The notes under the pieces were generated by a model. That model was not told the DNA's origin. It ran no database searches and was given only the letters and a program-made list of their open reading frames with translations. Below, one piece after another: positions 17,564 to 25,157 of a stretch of 32,000 bases of DNA (within the stretch, counting starts at the first letter, position 1; every line of letters starts with the position of its first letter). This DNA comes from Erysipelotrichaceae bacterium. GTDB taxonomy: Bacteria > Bacillota_I > Bacilli_A > Erysipelotrichales > Erysipelotrichaceae. Position numbers and translations under genes: made by a program. The DNA lies in assembly GCA_030604855.1 (NCBI GenBank), contig JAUVVC010000003.1:180001-212000 (forward strand), written 5' to 3'.

Positions 17564-18071
17564 AGCCATAGAAACGCATCGCTTCAATAACTTCGACTGA
17601 GTGTGTCTTGATTCGATCCATAAGCACTTGAGTGTCAAGGATACTGGCTTCGAAGTCTTCTATGCTTTCAACTTCGATGGAAGTGGCTTGAAGCGTTGCC
17701 AAACGTTTGAATAAATAAAGATGGGGACGATTGTGTTCGATCCAATGTAAGGTTTCAATTTGATCGACATCGACCCAGACCAACTGTTTATAAACAAGTG
17801 CTTGAGGCTCTTCGTGGAGTTCAACTTTGAACCAATGAAGACGAAAATCACCGTACTCATTGGATACATTCGTATAGGTGTAATAATAGGCATCAATGCG
17901 GCATAAACCACACTCTTCATACAGCTCACGTTTAAGGGCTTGGAAAATCGTTTCATTGGCTTCGACTTTACCACCAGGGCATTCCATATAGCCCTTGAAA
18001 GGTTCGCTCAATCGTTCTGCAACACAGAGTTGATGATTTCGATAGATGAGTGCGATGGCCACATGTTTCAT
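17547..18071 (-). CDS. Nudix hydrolase (MutT-like) with a ~55-aa C-terminal extension
   Basis: Nudix box GGKVEANETIFQALKRELYEECGL (G-x5-E-x7-REUxEExGU). Its 3' end overlaps the convergent oxidoreductase gene by 17 nt. Confidence 0.85.
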   Translation of the reverse strand: MKHVAIALIYRNHQLCVAERLSEPFKGYMECPGGKVEANETIFQALKRELYEECGLCRIDAYYYTYTNVSNEYGDFRLHWFKVELHEEPQALVYKQLVWVDVDQIETLHWIEHNRPHLYLFKRLATLQATSIEVESIEDFEASILDTQVLMDRIKTHSVEVIEAMRFYGFSDLS

Positions 18072-18101
18072 GCTTAAAGTATAACAGGATAGGAGATCAC
18101 A

Positions 18102-18923
18102 ATGAAAGTCGCAATCCTTTACGATTTTGATAAAACCTTATCAGGGAAAGACATGCAGGAATTTGGATTTTTTGATGACATTGGTGTAACGGATGCCAAT
18201 GATTTTTGGTCTGTAGTGAAGCATAAGGCGGAAGCTGAAGAAATGGATCATATTCTGGCGTATCTAAGAGAGATGATTGTTCATACCCAAAAATTGGGCA
18301 TCAAACTGTCAAAAGATTTCTTGGGTCAATATGGAAAAAACATTGAACTTTATCCAGGTGTTCTGACTTGGTTTGAACACATCAATCAAGTGGCTCAAGA
18401 TTTAGACATCGAGTTGGAACACTACATCATTTCTTCCGGATTGAAGGAGATCATCGAAGAGACGCCCATTGCACATCATTTCAAGAAGATCTATGCCTGT
18501 GAATTTCTCTATGATGAGAATGGACAAGCCATTTGGCCAAAATTATCAGTGAACTATACCATAAAAACGCAGTTTCTCTATCGTATCAATAAGGGTATCT
18601 TGGACATCAACAATGATGAGGATCTCAATCGTTACCAAAAAGAAGAAGAACGGGATATTCCCTTCAGTCATATGATCTACATTGGGGATGGATTCACGGA
18701 TGTGCCAAGTATGAAGTTGGTTAAGATGAATGGAGGCCATGCCTTAGCGGTGTATCCCTTCGGGAAGAAGCAGACGCTCCAAAGTACGACCTTATTAAGC
18801 GATAAACGGGTTGATTTCGTAGCAGAAGCGGATTATCGTCCAGGTCAAGAAGTGGATATCATCATACAAGCAATTTTCAAGGCATTGTTGGCGAAGAAAA
18901 CCTTAGATGAGCTTAGACCATGA
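18102..18923 (+). CDS. HAD superfamily (subfamily IB-like) phosphatase
   Basis: Motif I ILYDFDKTLS (DxDxT), motif II IISSG, motif IV YIGDGFTDVP. AGGAG 6 nt upstream of ATG 18102. Confidence 0.75.
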   Translation: MKVAILYDFDKTLSGKDMQEFGFFDDIGVTDANDFWSVVKHKAEAEEMDHILAYLREMIVHTQKLGIKLSKDFLGQYGKNIELYPGVLTWFEHINQVAQDLDIELEHYIISSGLKEIIEETPIAHHFKKIYACEFLYDENGQAIWPKLSVNYTIKTQFLYRINKGILDINNDEDLNRYQKEEERDIPFSHMIYIGDGFTDVPSMKLVKMNGGHALAVYPFGKKQTLQSTTLLSDKRVDFVAEADYRPGQEVDIIIQAIFKALLAKKTLDELRP

Positions 18924-19657
18924 CCCAAAATAAGAGCAATGCGGAGCGCTTCATGATTGCGTTCACGACCTTGGAAAACGAAATGAATCGACGCATCAAA
19001 TCCGATCGCTATGTCTCGTATGCGGAGCTGGTTCGACGAATGAGCAAGATCGACCGGAACTACCAACGTTTTCAGAAACATCTTGAAGAGTTTGGGGATT
19101 TGCGCAATGCGATCGTACACGATCGAATCGATGGCGAAGTCATCGCGGAACCGCATTTGAAGTTTGTCGAGATGATGGAGCATATCACAAAACTCTTAAC
19201 CGAACCTGAACGTGTCAAAGATAATTACATTCGACCTGTACACTTGTGTTTTGAGGACGATCGATTGAGTGATGTCGTGGATTGGTTAGTGGGCAAACAT
19301 CATTCCAAGCTTCCGGTTTACACGCGTGGGATGCACTTCGTTGGCTTGCTTACGACCGATGCCTTGAGTGAATACCTGATTCAAAACATCGGGACGATTC
19401 ACGGGCAAATTCCGGAGATTCAGGTTGGTGAACTGTTAAGCAAGGATAAGAAGCAACGCACTGTGAAGTTCATTCCTGCGCATGCGTCCATTATTTCTGT
19501 TGTGAGTGAATTTGAACGCTCCTTGACTTCCGGGCAACGTTTGAACGCCTTGATCATCACGCAAGATGGTGCAAGTAATCAAAAGCCCTTAGGCATCATC
19601 TCGATCAGTGATTTACCGAGTATCTATGAGAAATTGAACTCACACCTGTTGCGGTGA
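18920..19657 (+). CDS. Two-domain protein: N-terminal helical domain with a HEPN-like R-x4-H motif, plus a C-terminal CBS pair
   Basis: Residues 1-100 are helical and end in EEFGDLRNAIVHDR (R-N-x3-H, as in Swt1-like HEPN domains). The C-terminus has two CBS-like repeats (HHSKLPVYTRGMHFVGLLTTDAL; LNALIITQDGASNQKPLGIISISDL). ATGA overlap with the HAD gene. CBS call 0.8; HEPN call about 0.5. Confidence 0.75.
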   Translation: MTQNKSNAERFMIAFTTLENEMNRRIKSDRYVSYAELVRRMSKIDRNYQRFQKHLEEFGDLRNAIVHDRIDGEVIAEPHLKFVEMMEHITKLLTEPERVKDNYIRPVHLCFEDDRLSDVVDWLVGKHHSKLPVYTRGMHFVGLLTTDALSEYLIQNIGTIHGQIPEIQVGELLSKDKKQRTVKFIPAHASIISVVSEFERSLTSGQRLNALIITQDGASNQKPLGIISISDLPSIYEKLNSHLLR

Positions 19658-19687
19658 GGGGGAACGTTTGCAGTTTTTATCGATTTA

Positions 19688-19837
19688 TTGCCGTATGTCT
19701 TCAGTTTTATTCTTCTGTATTTCGTCATCTATCAAGCGGTCTCCAATGCGATCAATGATCAATTGGATAAGACTAAGCTTTTGAAACTCTTACGTAGAAT
19801 CGACGCAAGTCATGAAGAATTGAATCATACGCCTTAG
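19688..19837 (+). CDS. Candidate small membrane protein, or a C-terminal extension of the upstream gene; start unresolved
   Basis: The frame of the upstream gene stays open for 59 codons after its TGA (19655-19657): GGTFAVFIDLLPYVFSFILLYFVIYQAVSNAINDQLDKTKLLKLLRRIDASHEELNHTP, then TAG 19835-19837. The only canonical in-frame start is TTG 19688, and it has no SD. Confidence 0.25.
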   Translation: MPYVFSFILLYFVIYQAVSNAINDQLDKTKLLKLLRRIDASHEELNHTP

Positions 19838-20015
19838 TAACATCCCGGTTTCTAGTACATAAGCCAACTAGATATGTGCTTTTGGTCTTGTTTATCGATA
19901 AGAAAAGTGATAGATTTTGGTTAGAGGAGATTCATTGTGACCTTTTTATGTTTGGTTTCATCTGTAATCTCACGCATGCCTATGAGCAGTTGCCTGTTGA
20001 TTAGATGATGTATTT

Positions 20016-20035
20016 AAACAGTGCCCGCACTGTTT
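20016..20035 (+). terminator. IS200 left-end hairpin (read-through terminator-like)
   Basis: AAACAGTGC-CC-GCACTGTTT followed by TTGTTGTT. A second perfect hairpin, AACCCCCAGA-TAG-TCTGGGGGTT, lies at 20049-20071. Confidence 0.6.
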
Positions 20036-20107
20036 TTGTTGTTAATAAAACCCCCAGATAGTCTGGGGGTTCCGGAGAGATTTAGCGGTGTATTCCTGAC
20101 AAAAAAG

Positions 20108-20164
20108 CTCCTTCTGGTAGGGTAAAAGTGCAGTCTGTCAATTGCGCTTAACAACCAGAAGGAG
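20108..20164 (+). promoter_or_regulatory. Stem-loop sequestering the tnpA ribosome-binding site
   Basis: CTCCTTCTGGT (20108-20118) is perfectly complementary to ACCAGAAGGAG (20154-20164), which contains the GGAGG SD 6 nt upstream of ATG 20171. Confidence 0.75.
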
Positions 20165-20170
20165 GACCTT

Positions 20171-20626
20171 ATGCAGGACACCCATAGTCTATCACACACG
20201 ACTTGGAGCTGCAAATACCATGTGGTATTTGCGCCCAAGTACCGAAGAAAAGTATTTTATGATGAGAAACGATTGGAAATCGGAGCGATCTTAAGAGAGC
20301 TCTGTCGATGGAAAGGCATCAATATTCTGGAAGCTGAAGTCTGTGTCGATCATGTGCACATGTTAATCGAGATCCCGCCTAAGATGAGTGTATCGGGGGT
20401 GATGGGCTTTTTGAAAGGGAAGAGTAGTTTGATGATCTATGAGCGATGGGGGAACATGAAGTGCAAGTATCGCAACCGACAATTTTGGTGTCGAGGCTAT
20501 TATGTCGACACAACAGGCAAGAACACGAAGAAGATCAAAGAATACATCGCGAATCAATTGAATGAAGACAGAATAGCCGAGCAGATGACGTTGGAGGACA
20601 TCGACCCGTTTACGGGTAGCAAGTAG
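20171..20626 (+). CDS. tnpA: IS200/IS605 family transposase TnpA (Y1 HUH)
   Basis: HTTWSCKYHVVFAPKYRRKV...VDHVHMLIEIPPK...RGYYVDTTG carries the HUH motif (HVH) and the catalytic Tyr region. 151 aa is typical. Confidence 0.95.
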   Translation: MQDTHSLSHTTWSCKYHVVFAPKYRRKVFYDEKRLEIGAILRELCRWKGINILEAEVCVDHVHMLIEIPPKMSVSGVMGFLKGKSSLMIYERWGNMKCKYRNRQFWCRGYYVDTTGKNTKKIKEYIANQLNEDRIAEQMTLEDIDPFTGSK

Positions 20627-20701
20627 ACGATGCAAGCGACGGACTTCATCAGCGCTGTAAAGCGCCGCTCGTATTACAGGGCTATGCCCACAAATGTAAA
20701 A

Positions 20702-20720
20702 CCACTAGCTAAGCTAGTGG
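20702..20720 (-). terminator. Hairpin downstream of gcvPB (operon terminator, or part of the IS200 right end)
   Basis: CCACTAGCT-A-AGCTAGTGG perfect inverted repeat. On the minus strand it is followed by TTTTACATTT. It lies 10 nt after the gcvPB stop. Confidence 0.45.
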
Positions 20721-20729
20721 ATATTTATA

Positions 20730-22169
20730 TTAGAACATATATTTAAGGATAGGGTTCCGTGCGGCTTGCACATCATCCACACGTTTGACGGGCGTTGAAT
20801 ACGGTGCATTCAGGATGACTTCAGGCTTGCTATAAGCAAGATCATGAAGTTTTTTCATCGTTTCGATGAAGAAATCGAGCGTTTCCTTGCTTTCCGTTTC
20901 CGTCGGTTCAATCATCAGTGCTTCATGGACGATCAAAGGGAAATACATGGTTGGTGGATGCATGCCATAGTCCAAGAGCGCTTTTGAGATATCTTTGGCA
21001 CTGATGCCAGTTTCTTTCTTAAGCTTCTCCAAACTGATGACGAACTCATGCATGCATGTGCCTGGATAGGTCACAGGATAGGTGTCTTTGAGGCCTTCCA
21101 TTAAGTAGTTCGCATTCAGAACTGCATTCTGACTGGCTGCTTTGAGACCATCTCGACCTAGGCTTTGAATGTAAGTGTACGCTCTGACGTTGACCAAGAA
21201 GTTGCCATAGTAGGACCGCATACGTCCGATACTGCTTTGATCACGTTCGTCTAAGAAACGATAACCATAAGTCTCCTTCACCAAGCTTCCTTGAGGTAAG
21301 AAGGGTTTCAGGAAGGCTTTTACCCCTACTGGACCACTGCCTGGGCCACCACCACCATGTGGGGTGGAGAAAGTTTTATGGAGATTCAAATGTACCACAT
21401 CGAAACCCATGTCTCCAGGACGTGCGGTACCCATGATGGCGTTGAGATTGGCTCCATCGTAATACAGTAGACCCCCCACCTCGTGAACCATGGATGTGAT
21501 CAATTCAATGTTGGGATCAAATAAACCTAAGGTATTTGGATTGGTAAGCATCAAGCCTGCGATCTCATCATTCAAGACGAGCTTCAATGCATCGACATCC
21601 ACACCCCCTTGGGCATTGGATGGGACGGAAATGACCTGATAGCCGGCCATCGCAGCACTTGCGGGATTGGTCCCATGTGAACTGTCAGGGACAATGACCT
21701 TGGTGCGTTTGGTATCGTTGTTTGCTTTATGATAGGCATGGATCAAAAGCAGACCTGTGAACTCACCATGGGCGCCTGCCGCAGGTTGTAATGTAAAAGC
21801 ATCCATCCCTGTGATTTCACAAAGGGAATGACTCAGATCATCCATCAAAGTTAGTGCACCTTGAACGGTTTCTAAACTTTGACTGGGATGAATGTTGGCG
21901 AAACCCTCTAAGGAAGCAGTCGCCTCATTCAGTTTAGGATTATACTTCATCGTACACGAACCTAGAGGATAAAAACCATTGTCTACCCCAAAGGTATACT
22001 TGGAAAGTTCCATGTAGTGGCGAACGAGATCGACTTCACCGATTTCAGGTAAACGAGGTTTGGATTGACGAACGTATTGTTCATCCAATTTGACTTCAGG
22101 CACATCAATCGGATCGATCAGAATACCACGACGCCCTACAACAGAGCGTTCAAATAGAAGTTTACTCAT
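20730..22169 (-). CDS. gcvPB: Glycine dehydrogenase (aminomethyl-transferring) subunit 2
   Basis: 479 aa. [16 protein letters not shown] carries the PLP-lysine motif of P-protein subunit 2. ATGA overlap with gcvPA. Confidence 0.95.
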   Translation of the reverse strand: MSKLLFERSVVGRRGILIDPIDVPEVKLDEQYVRQSKPRLPEIGEVDLVRHYMELSKYTFGVDNGFYPLGSCTMKYNPKLNEATASLEGFANIHPSQSLETVQGALTLMDDLSHSLCEITGMDAFTLQPAAGAHGEFTGLLLIHAYHKANNDTKRTKVIVPDSSHGTNPASAAMAGYQVISVPSNAQGGVDVDALKLVLNDEIAGLMLTNPNTLGLFDPNIELITSMVHEVGGLLYYDGANLNAIMGTARPGDMGFDVVHLNLHKTFSTPHGGGGPGSGPVGVKAFLKPFLPQGSLVKETYGYRFLDERDQSSIGRMRSYYGNFLVNVRAYTYIQSLGRDGLKAASQNAVLNANYLMEGLKDTYPVTYPGTCMHEFVISLEKLKKETGISAKDISKALLDYGMHPPTMYFPLIVHEALMIEPTETESKETLDFFIETMKKLHDLAYSKPEVILNAPYSTPVKRVDDVQAARNPILKYMF

Positions 22170-23482
22170 TGGATGACCTCCTTTAAGCGAGCGATCAGTT
22201 GATCAAGGGTTGCTTTACTGGTGGTTTCCGTCACACACCAGAGACTCTCATGTGAGCTTAAGCCAAGGCCGGCAAGGATATCCATTTCATCACAGACACG
22301 CTCGATGATTGAATGTTCGATGGGGCTGACGACGACGAATTCATTGAAGAAAGGTCCCTCATATTTACGTTTGAAACCGATTTTTTCCAGTTCTTGGAGA
22401 AGATAATGTGCTTTGCGTAAGCCTGCATCGGCGACTTCCTTAAGTCCTTGAGGACCCATGGATGCACAATACATCGAGGCAACCAACGCCATCAAAGCCT
22501 GGTTTGAACAGATGCTTGAGCTAGCTTTTTCACGACGAATGTGTTGTTCACGGGCTTGAAGGGTTAAAGTGAAGGCGCGTTTACCATCCAGATCGACGGT
22601 TTGACCAGCAATGCGTCCGGGTAAGCGTCTGACCAAGTCCGCACTTGCGGCCATGAAACCTAAGTATGGACCTCCAAAGGACATTGGAATGCCGAGCGAT
22701 TGTGCCTCACCGATGGCAATGTCCGCACCTAAAGCACGAGGGGATTTCAAATAAGCACAGGTCAAGGGATTGGTGTATTGGACCAATTTCGCTTGGATTC
22801 CGTGCGTGATACGGCTGATTTCCTGCACATCTTCCAACAAGCCAAAGTAGTTTGGATGTTGGATGAAGACACCGGCGGTATTCGCATCACATTTAGCTTG
22901 CAAGTCATTTAAATCAATGCGGCCATCTATCGTTTTTAGATCGACCAATTGGATGTTTGCCCATTGCGCATAGGTGCGCATGGTTTGCAGGACATGGGGA
23001 TGCATGTTTTCAGGCATCAAGATGACACGACGATTGCGTTCCACCACCATCTGCATGGCTTCGGCCGCCGCTGTTGCCCCATCATAGACCGAGGCGTTGC
23101 AGACATCCATGCCAGTCAATTCACACATCTGGGTCTGATATTCAAAAATGGACTGAAGAACCCCTTGCGAGAGCTCGGATTGATAGGGTGTATAAGCACT
23201 GACGAACTCTTCACGATTGCTTAACTGTTTGACGACCGCAGGCACATGATGATGTTCGACACCGGCGCCCCTTAAGATGGTCGAGTAGACTTTATTCTGT
23301 GAGGATAGCGCTTTGAGCTTGGCCATGACCGCGAACTCGGATTGTCCCGCGGAAAGATTCAAGTCCTGCTTCAACTTTAAATCGGATGGAAGTTCAGCGT
23401 ACAAATCATCGAGTGAAGCTCGTTTGATCTGCTCGAGCATCACGGTTCTTTCTTGGTCAGTATTGAGTATGTATCCTGCCAT
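22166..23482 (-). CDS. gcvPA: Glycine dehydrogenase (aminomethyl-transferring) subunit 1
   Basis: 438 aa. [21 protein letters not shown] is the motif of P-protein subunit 1. Operon context supports the call. Confidence 0.95.
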   Translation of the reverse strand: MAGYILNTDQERTVMLEQIKRASLDDLYAELPSDLKLKQDLNLSAGQSEFAVMAKLKALSSQNKVYSTILRGAGVEHHHVPAVVKQLSNREEFVSAYTPYQSELSQGVLQSIFEYQTQMCELTGMDVCNASVYDGATAAAEAMQMVVERNRRVILMPENMHPHVLQTMRTYAQWANIQLVDLKTIDGRIDLNDLQAKCDANTAGVFIQHPNYFGLLEDVQEISRITHGIQAKLVQYTNPLTCAYLKSPRALGADIAIGEAQSLGIPMSFGGPYLGFMAASADLVRRLPGRIAGQTVDLDGKRAFTLTLQAREQHIRREKASSSICSNQALMALVASMYCASMGPQGLKEVADAGLRKAHYLLQELEKIGFKRKYEGPFFNEFVVVSPIEHSIIERVCDEMDILAGLGLSSHESLWCVTETTSKATLDQLIARLKEVIQ

Positions 23483-23483
23483 A

Positions 23484-23849
23484 TCAATGGTCCTTGTCTA
23501 AAGCGAGATAAGCTTCTTCACTCAATAAACGTGAAGTGTCGACTTGACCTTCGACTTCAATGATCCAGACATTGAGTGGATCTTCATTGAGCAATTCAGG
23601 CTTGTCTTCCAAATCCGTATTGACCTTGCTTACCACACCATCTACAGGCGATAAAAGTTCTGAAACCGCCTTGACGGATTCCACATCCCCAAAGCGTTCC
23701 CCAAAGCTCACACTATCCCCAAGTTCATGGGTGGAAAGAAAGACGATGTCGCCCAAGGCTTTCTGAGCGTAATCCGAGATGCCGACACGTACGTGTTGAT
23801 CATCCACTTGCATGACCCATTCATGCGATGTTGCGTAATATTTTTCCAT
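23484..23849 (-). CDS. gcvH: Glycine cleavage system H protein
   Basis: 121 aa. VESVKAVSELLSPVDG contains the lipoyl-lysine motif (ESVKA). Confidence 0.95.
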   Translation of the reverse strand: MEKYYATSHEWVMQVDDQHVRVGISDYAQKALGDIVFLSTHELGDSVSFGERFGDVESVKAVSELLSPVDGVVSKVNTDLEDKPELLNEDPLNVWIIEVEGQVDTSRLLSEEAYLALDKDH

Positions 23850-24922
23850 TATTTTGCTCCTTGTCGTTTATAGAAGGGTAGTTTTACCCGAACAGCCTTT
23901 AATCGTTTGCCACGGACATCGATTTCAAAATTTTCATTTTTGAAATAGTCCGCTTTGATTATTGCCATCGCAATGGCCTGATTTAGGGTGGGACTCTTGG
24001 TTCCCGATGTGATCTTACCGATCCATTCCCCATCGCAGTAGACATCTGAACCCTCACGAGCAATGCCGCGATCGACCAAGGTCAAACCGATGCGTCTACG
24101 AAGCGGTTTGGTGCTTAACGCTTCTTGTGCGATGAAGTGCTCTTTCTCTAACTTTACAAACATGCTGAGACCAGCTTCCAGAGGTGTCGTCTCATCGTTC
24201 AGTTCATGTCCAAACAAAGGCATGGCGGCTTCTAAGCGCAACGTATCACGACAACCGAGACCACAGGCTTCAACGCCTAAGTCTTTCCCTGATGCCATGA
24301 ACAGTTCCCAGAGCTTGACGGTATCCTCCGCCTTACAATAGATCTCATAGCCATCTTCACCGGTATAACCCGTACGACTGAGTACTACTTTGATGTCTTG
24401 AATCAACAGATCCTCTTGAAAGCCATAATACCCAAGTTCCACATCCGTGAATCGTTTGAGTAAAGTATCCGCAAAGGGACCTTGAACCGCAATCTGTCCA
24501 ACAGAATCACTGATGTTTTCAAAGTTCACATCACCCTTAAGCTGTGATCTGAAATACGTCTCATCCTTTTCGATGTTGGCCGCATTCACCACAATCAAAT
24601 AGCGATCCTCATGGGTCTTGTAAATCAAGAGATCATCGACGCTGCTGCCATCTTCACGAACCAAGATTCCGTAACGGGCTTTTCCGATTTGCAGATCACG
24701 GAAATCATTACTGACAAGATACTGAAGGTTTGAAAGTGCATCCGGTCCTTGGAGGATGAATTCGCCCATGTGGCTCACATCGAAGAGTCCGACTTTTTCA
24801 CGAACTGAATGATGTTCATGGAGGATGCCGTTCGCATAATGCAAAGGCATCCAGAAGCCGCCAAAATCAACCATATTACCCGAGTGATCTTGGTGCCAAT
24901 TCGTAAGCGGTGTTGTTTTCAT
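23849..24922 (-). CDS. gcvT: Aminomethyltransferase (glycine cleavage system T protein)
   Basis: MKTTPLTNWH...VGLFDVSHMGEF motif. I prefer ATG 24922 (AAGGAA 6 nt upstream); ATG 24925 is also possible, and the track start at 24943 is TTG inside the riboswitch terminator region. TAATG overlap with gcvH. Confidence 0.9.
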   Translation of the reverse strand: MKTTPLTNWHQDHSGNMVDFGGFWMPLHYANGILHEHHSVREKVGLFDVSHMGEFILQGPDALSNLQYLVSNDFRDLQIGKARYGILVREDGSSVDDLLIYKTHEDRYLIVVNAANIEKDETYFRSQLKGDVNFENISDSVGQIAVQGPFADTLLKRFTDVELGYYGFQEDLLIQDIKVVLSRTGYTGEDGYEIYCKAEDTVKLWELFMASGKDLGVEACGLGCRDTLRLEAAMPLFGHELNDETTPLEAGLSMFVKLEKEHFIAQEALSTKPLRRRIGLTLVDRGIAREGSDVYCDGEWIGKITSGTKSPTLNQAIAMAIIKADYFKNENFEIDVRGKRLKAVRVKLPFYKRQGAK

Positions 24923-24943
24923 CATTGTTTCCTTAACGCACAA

Positions 24944-25109
24944 AAGGCGCTTAAAAAATAAGCGCCTTCGTCTTTTGACCTGAAAGATTCTCTTGCGATT
25001 GCCTCTTCGGTGGATGACTCTCTCTACGAAGCTTTGTCCAAATCCGGTCCTTTTGCCTGAGCGTTCATGCGCACTGCGCCTTCGGCGTCAACGAATTGAT
25101 CTCTCCCGG
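24944..25109 (-). promoter_or_regulatory. Tandem glycine riboswitch with terminator expression platform
   Basis: Minus-strand aptamer 1 (25109-25044): CCGGGAGAG...ACGCCGAAGGCGCA...CTCAGGCAAAAGGACCGG. Aptamer 2 (25031-24966): CTTCGTAGAGAGAG...CCACCGAAGAGGCAA...TTCAGGTCAAAAGACGAAG. The terminator AAGGCGCTTA-TTTTT-TAAGCGCCTT (24968-24944) is followed by TTGTG. Confidence 0.9.
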
Positions 25110-25134
25110 ATTCTTCAACCAAATATCTATGTTC

Positions 25135-25140
25135 ATTATA
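25135..25140 (-). promoter_or_regulatory. Candidate -10 element for the riboswitch/gcv transcript
   Basis: TATAAT on the minus strand, about 25 nt upstream of the first aptamer. There is no convincing -35 (TTTTAG at 17-nt spacing). It lies just downstream of the lpdA stop. Confidence 0.35.
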
Positions 25141-25157
25141 CTCAATCCATGACTTAA

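Larger units (their letters stand above)
20005..20725 (+). mobile_element. IS200-type insertion sequence (IS200/IS605 family, tnpA only); ends approximate (+/- 20 nt)
   Basis: It holds a Y1/HUH transposase gene, a left-end terminator-like hairpin and an SD-occluding stem-loop, as in Salmonella IS200. The size of about 0.7 kb is consistent with IS200. Confidence 0.85.

Noticed and set aside
19655-19657. TGA read as Trp (genetic code 4) or selenocysteine, as an explanation for the open frame after the CBS gene
   Set aside because: Many genes in the window end at TGA at lengths that fit their families (for example 7091-7093, 9003-9005, 12092-12094, 31308-31310), and no gene needs an internal TGA, so the standard code applies. 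I saw no SECIS-like hairpin directly after the TGA. Nonsense mutation or read-through stays open as a finding.
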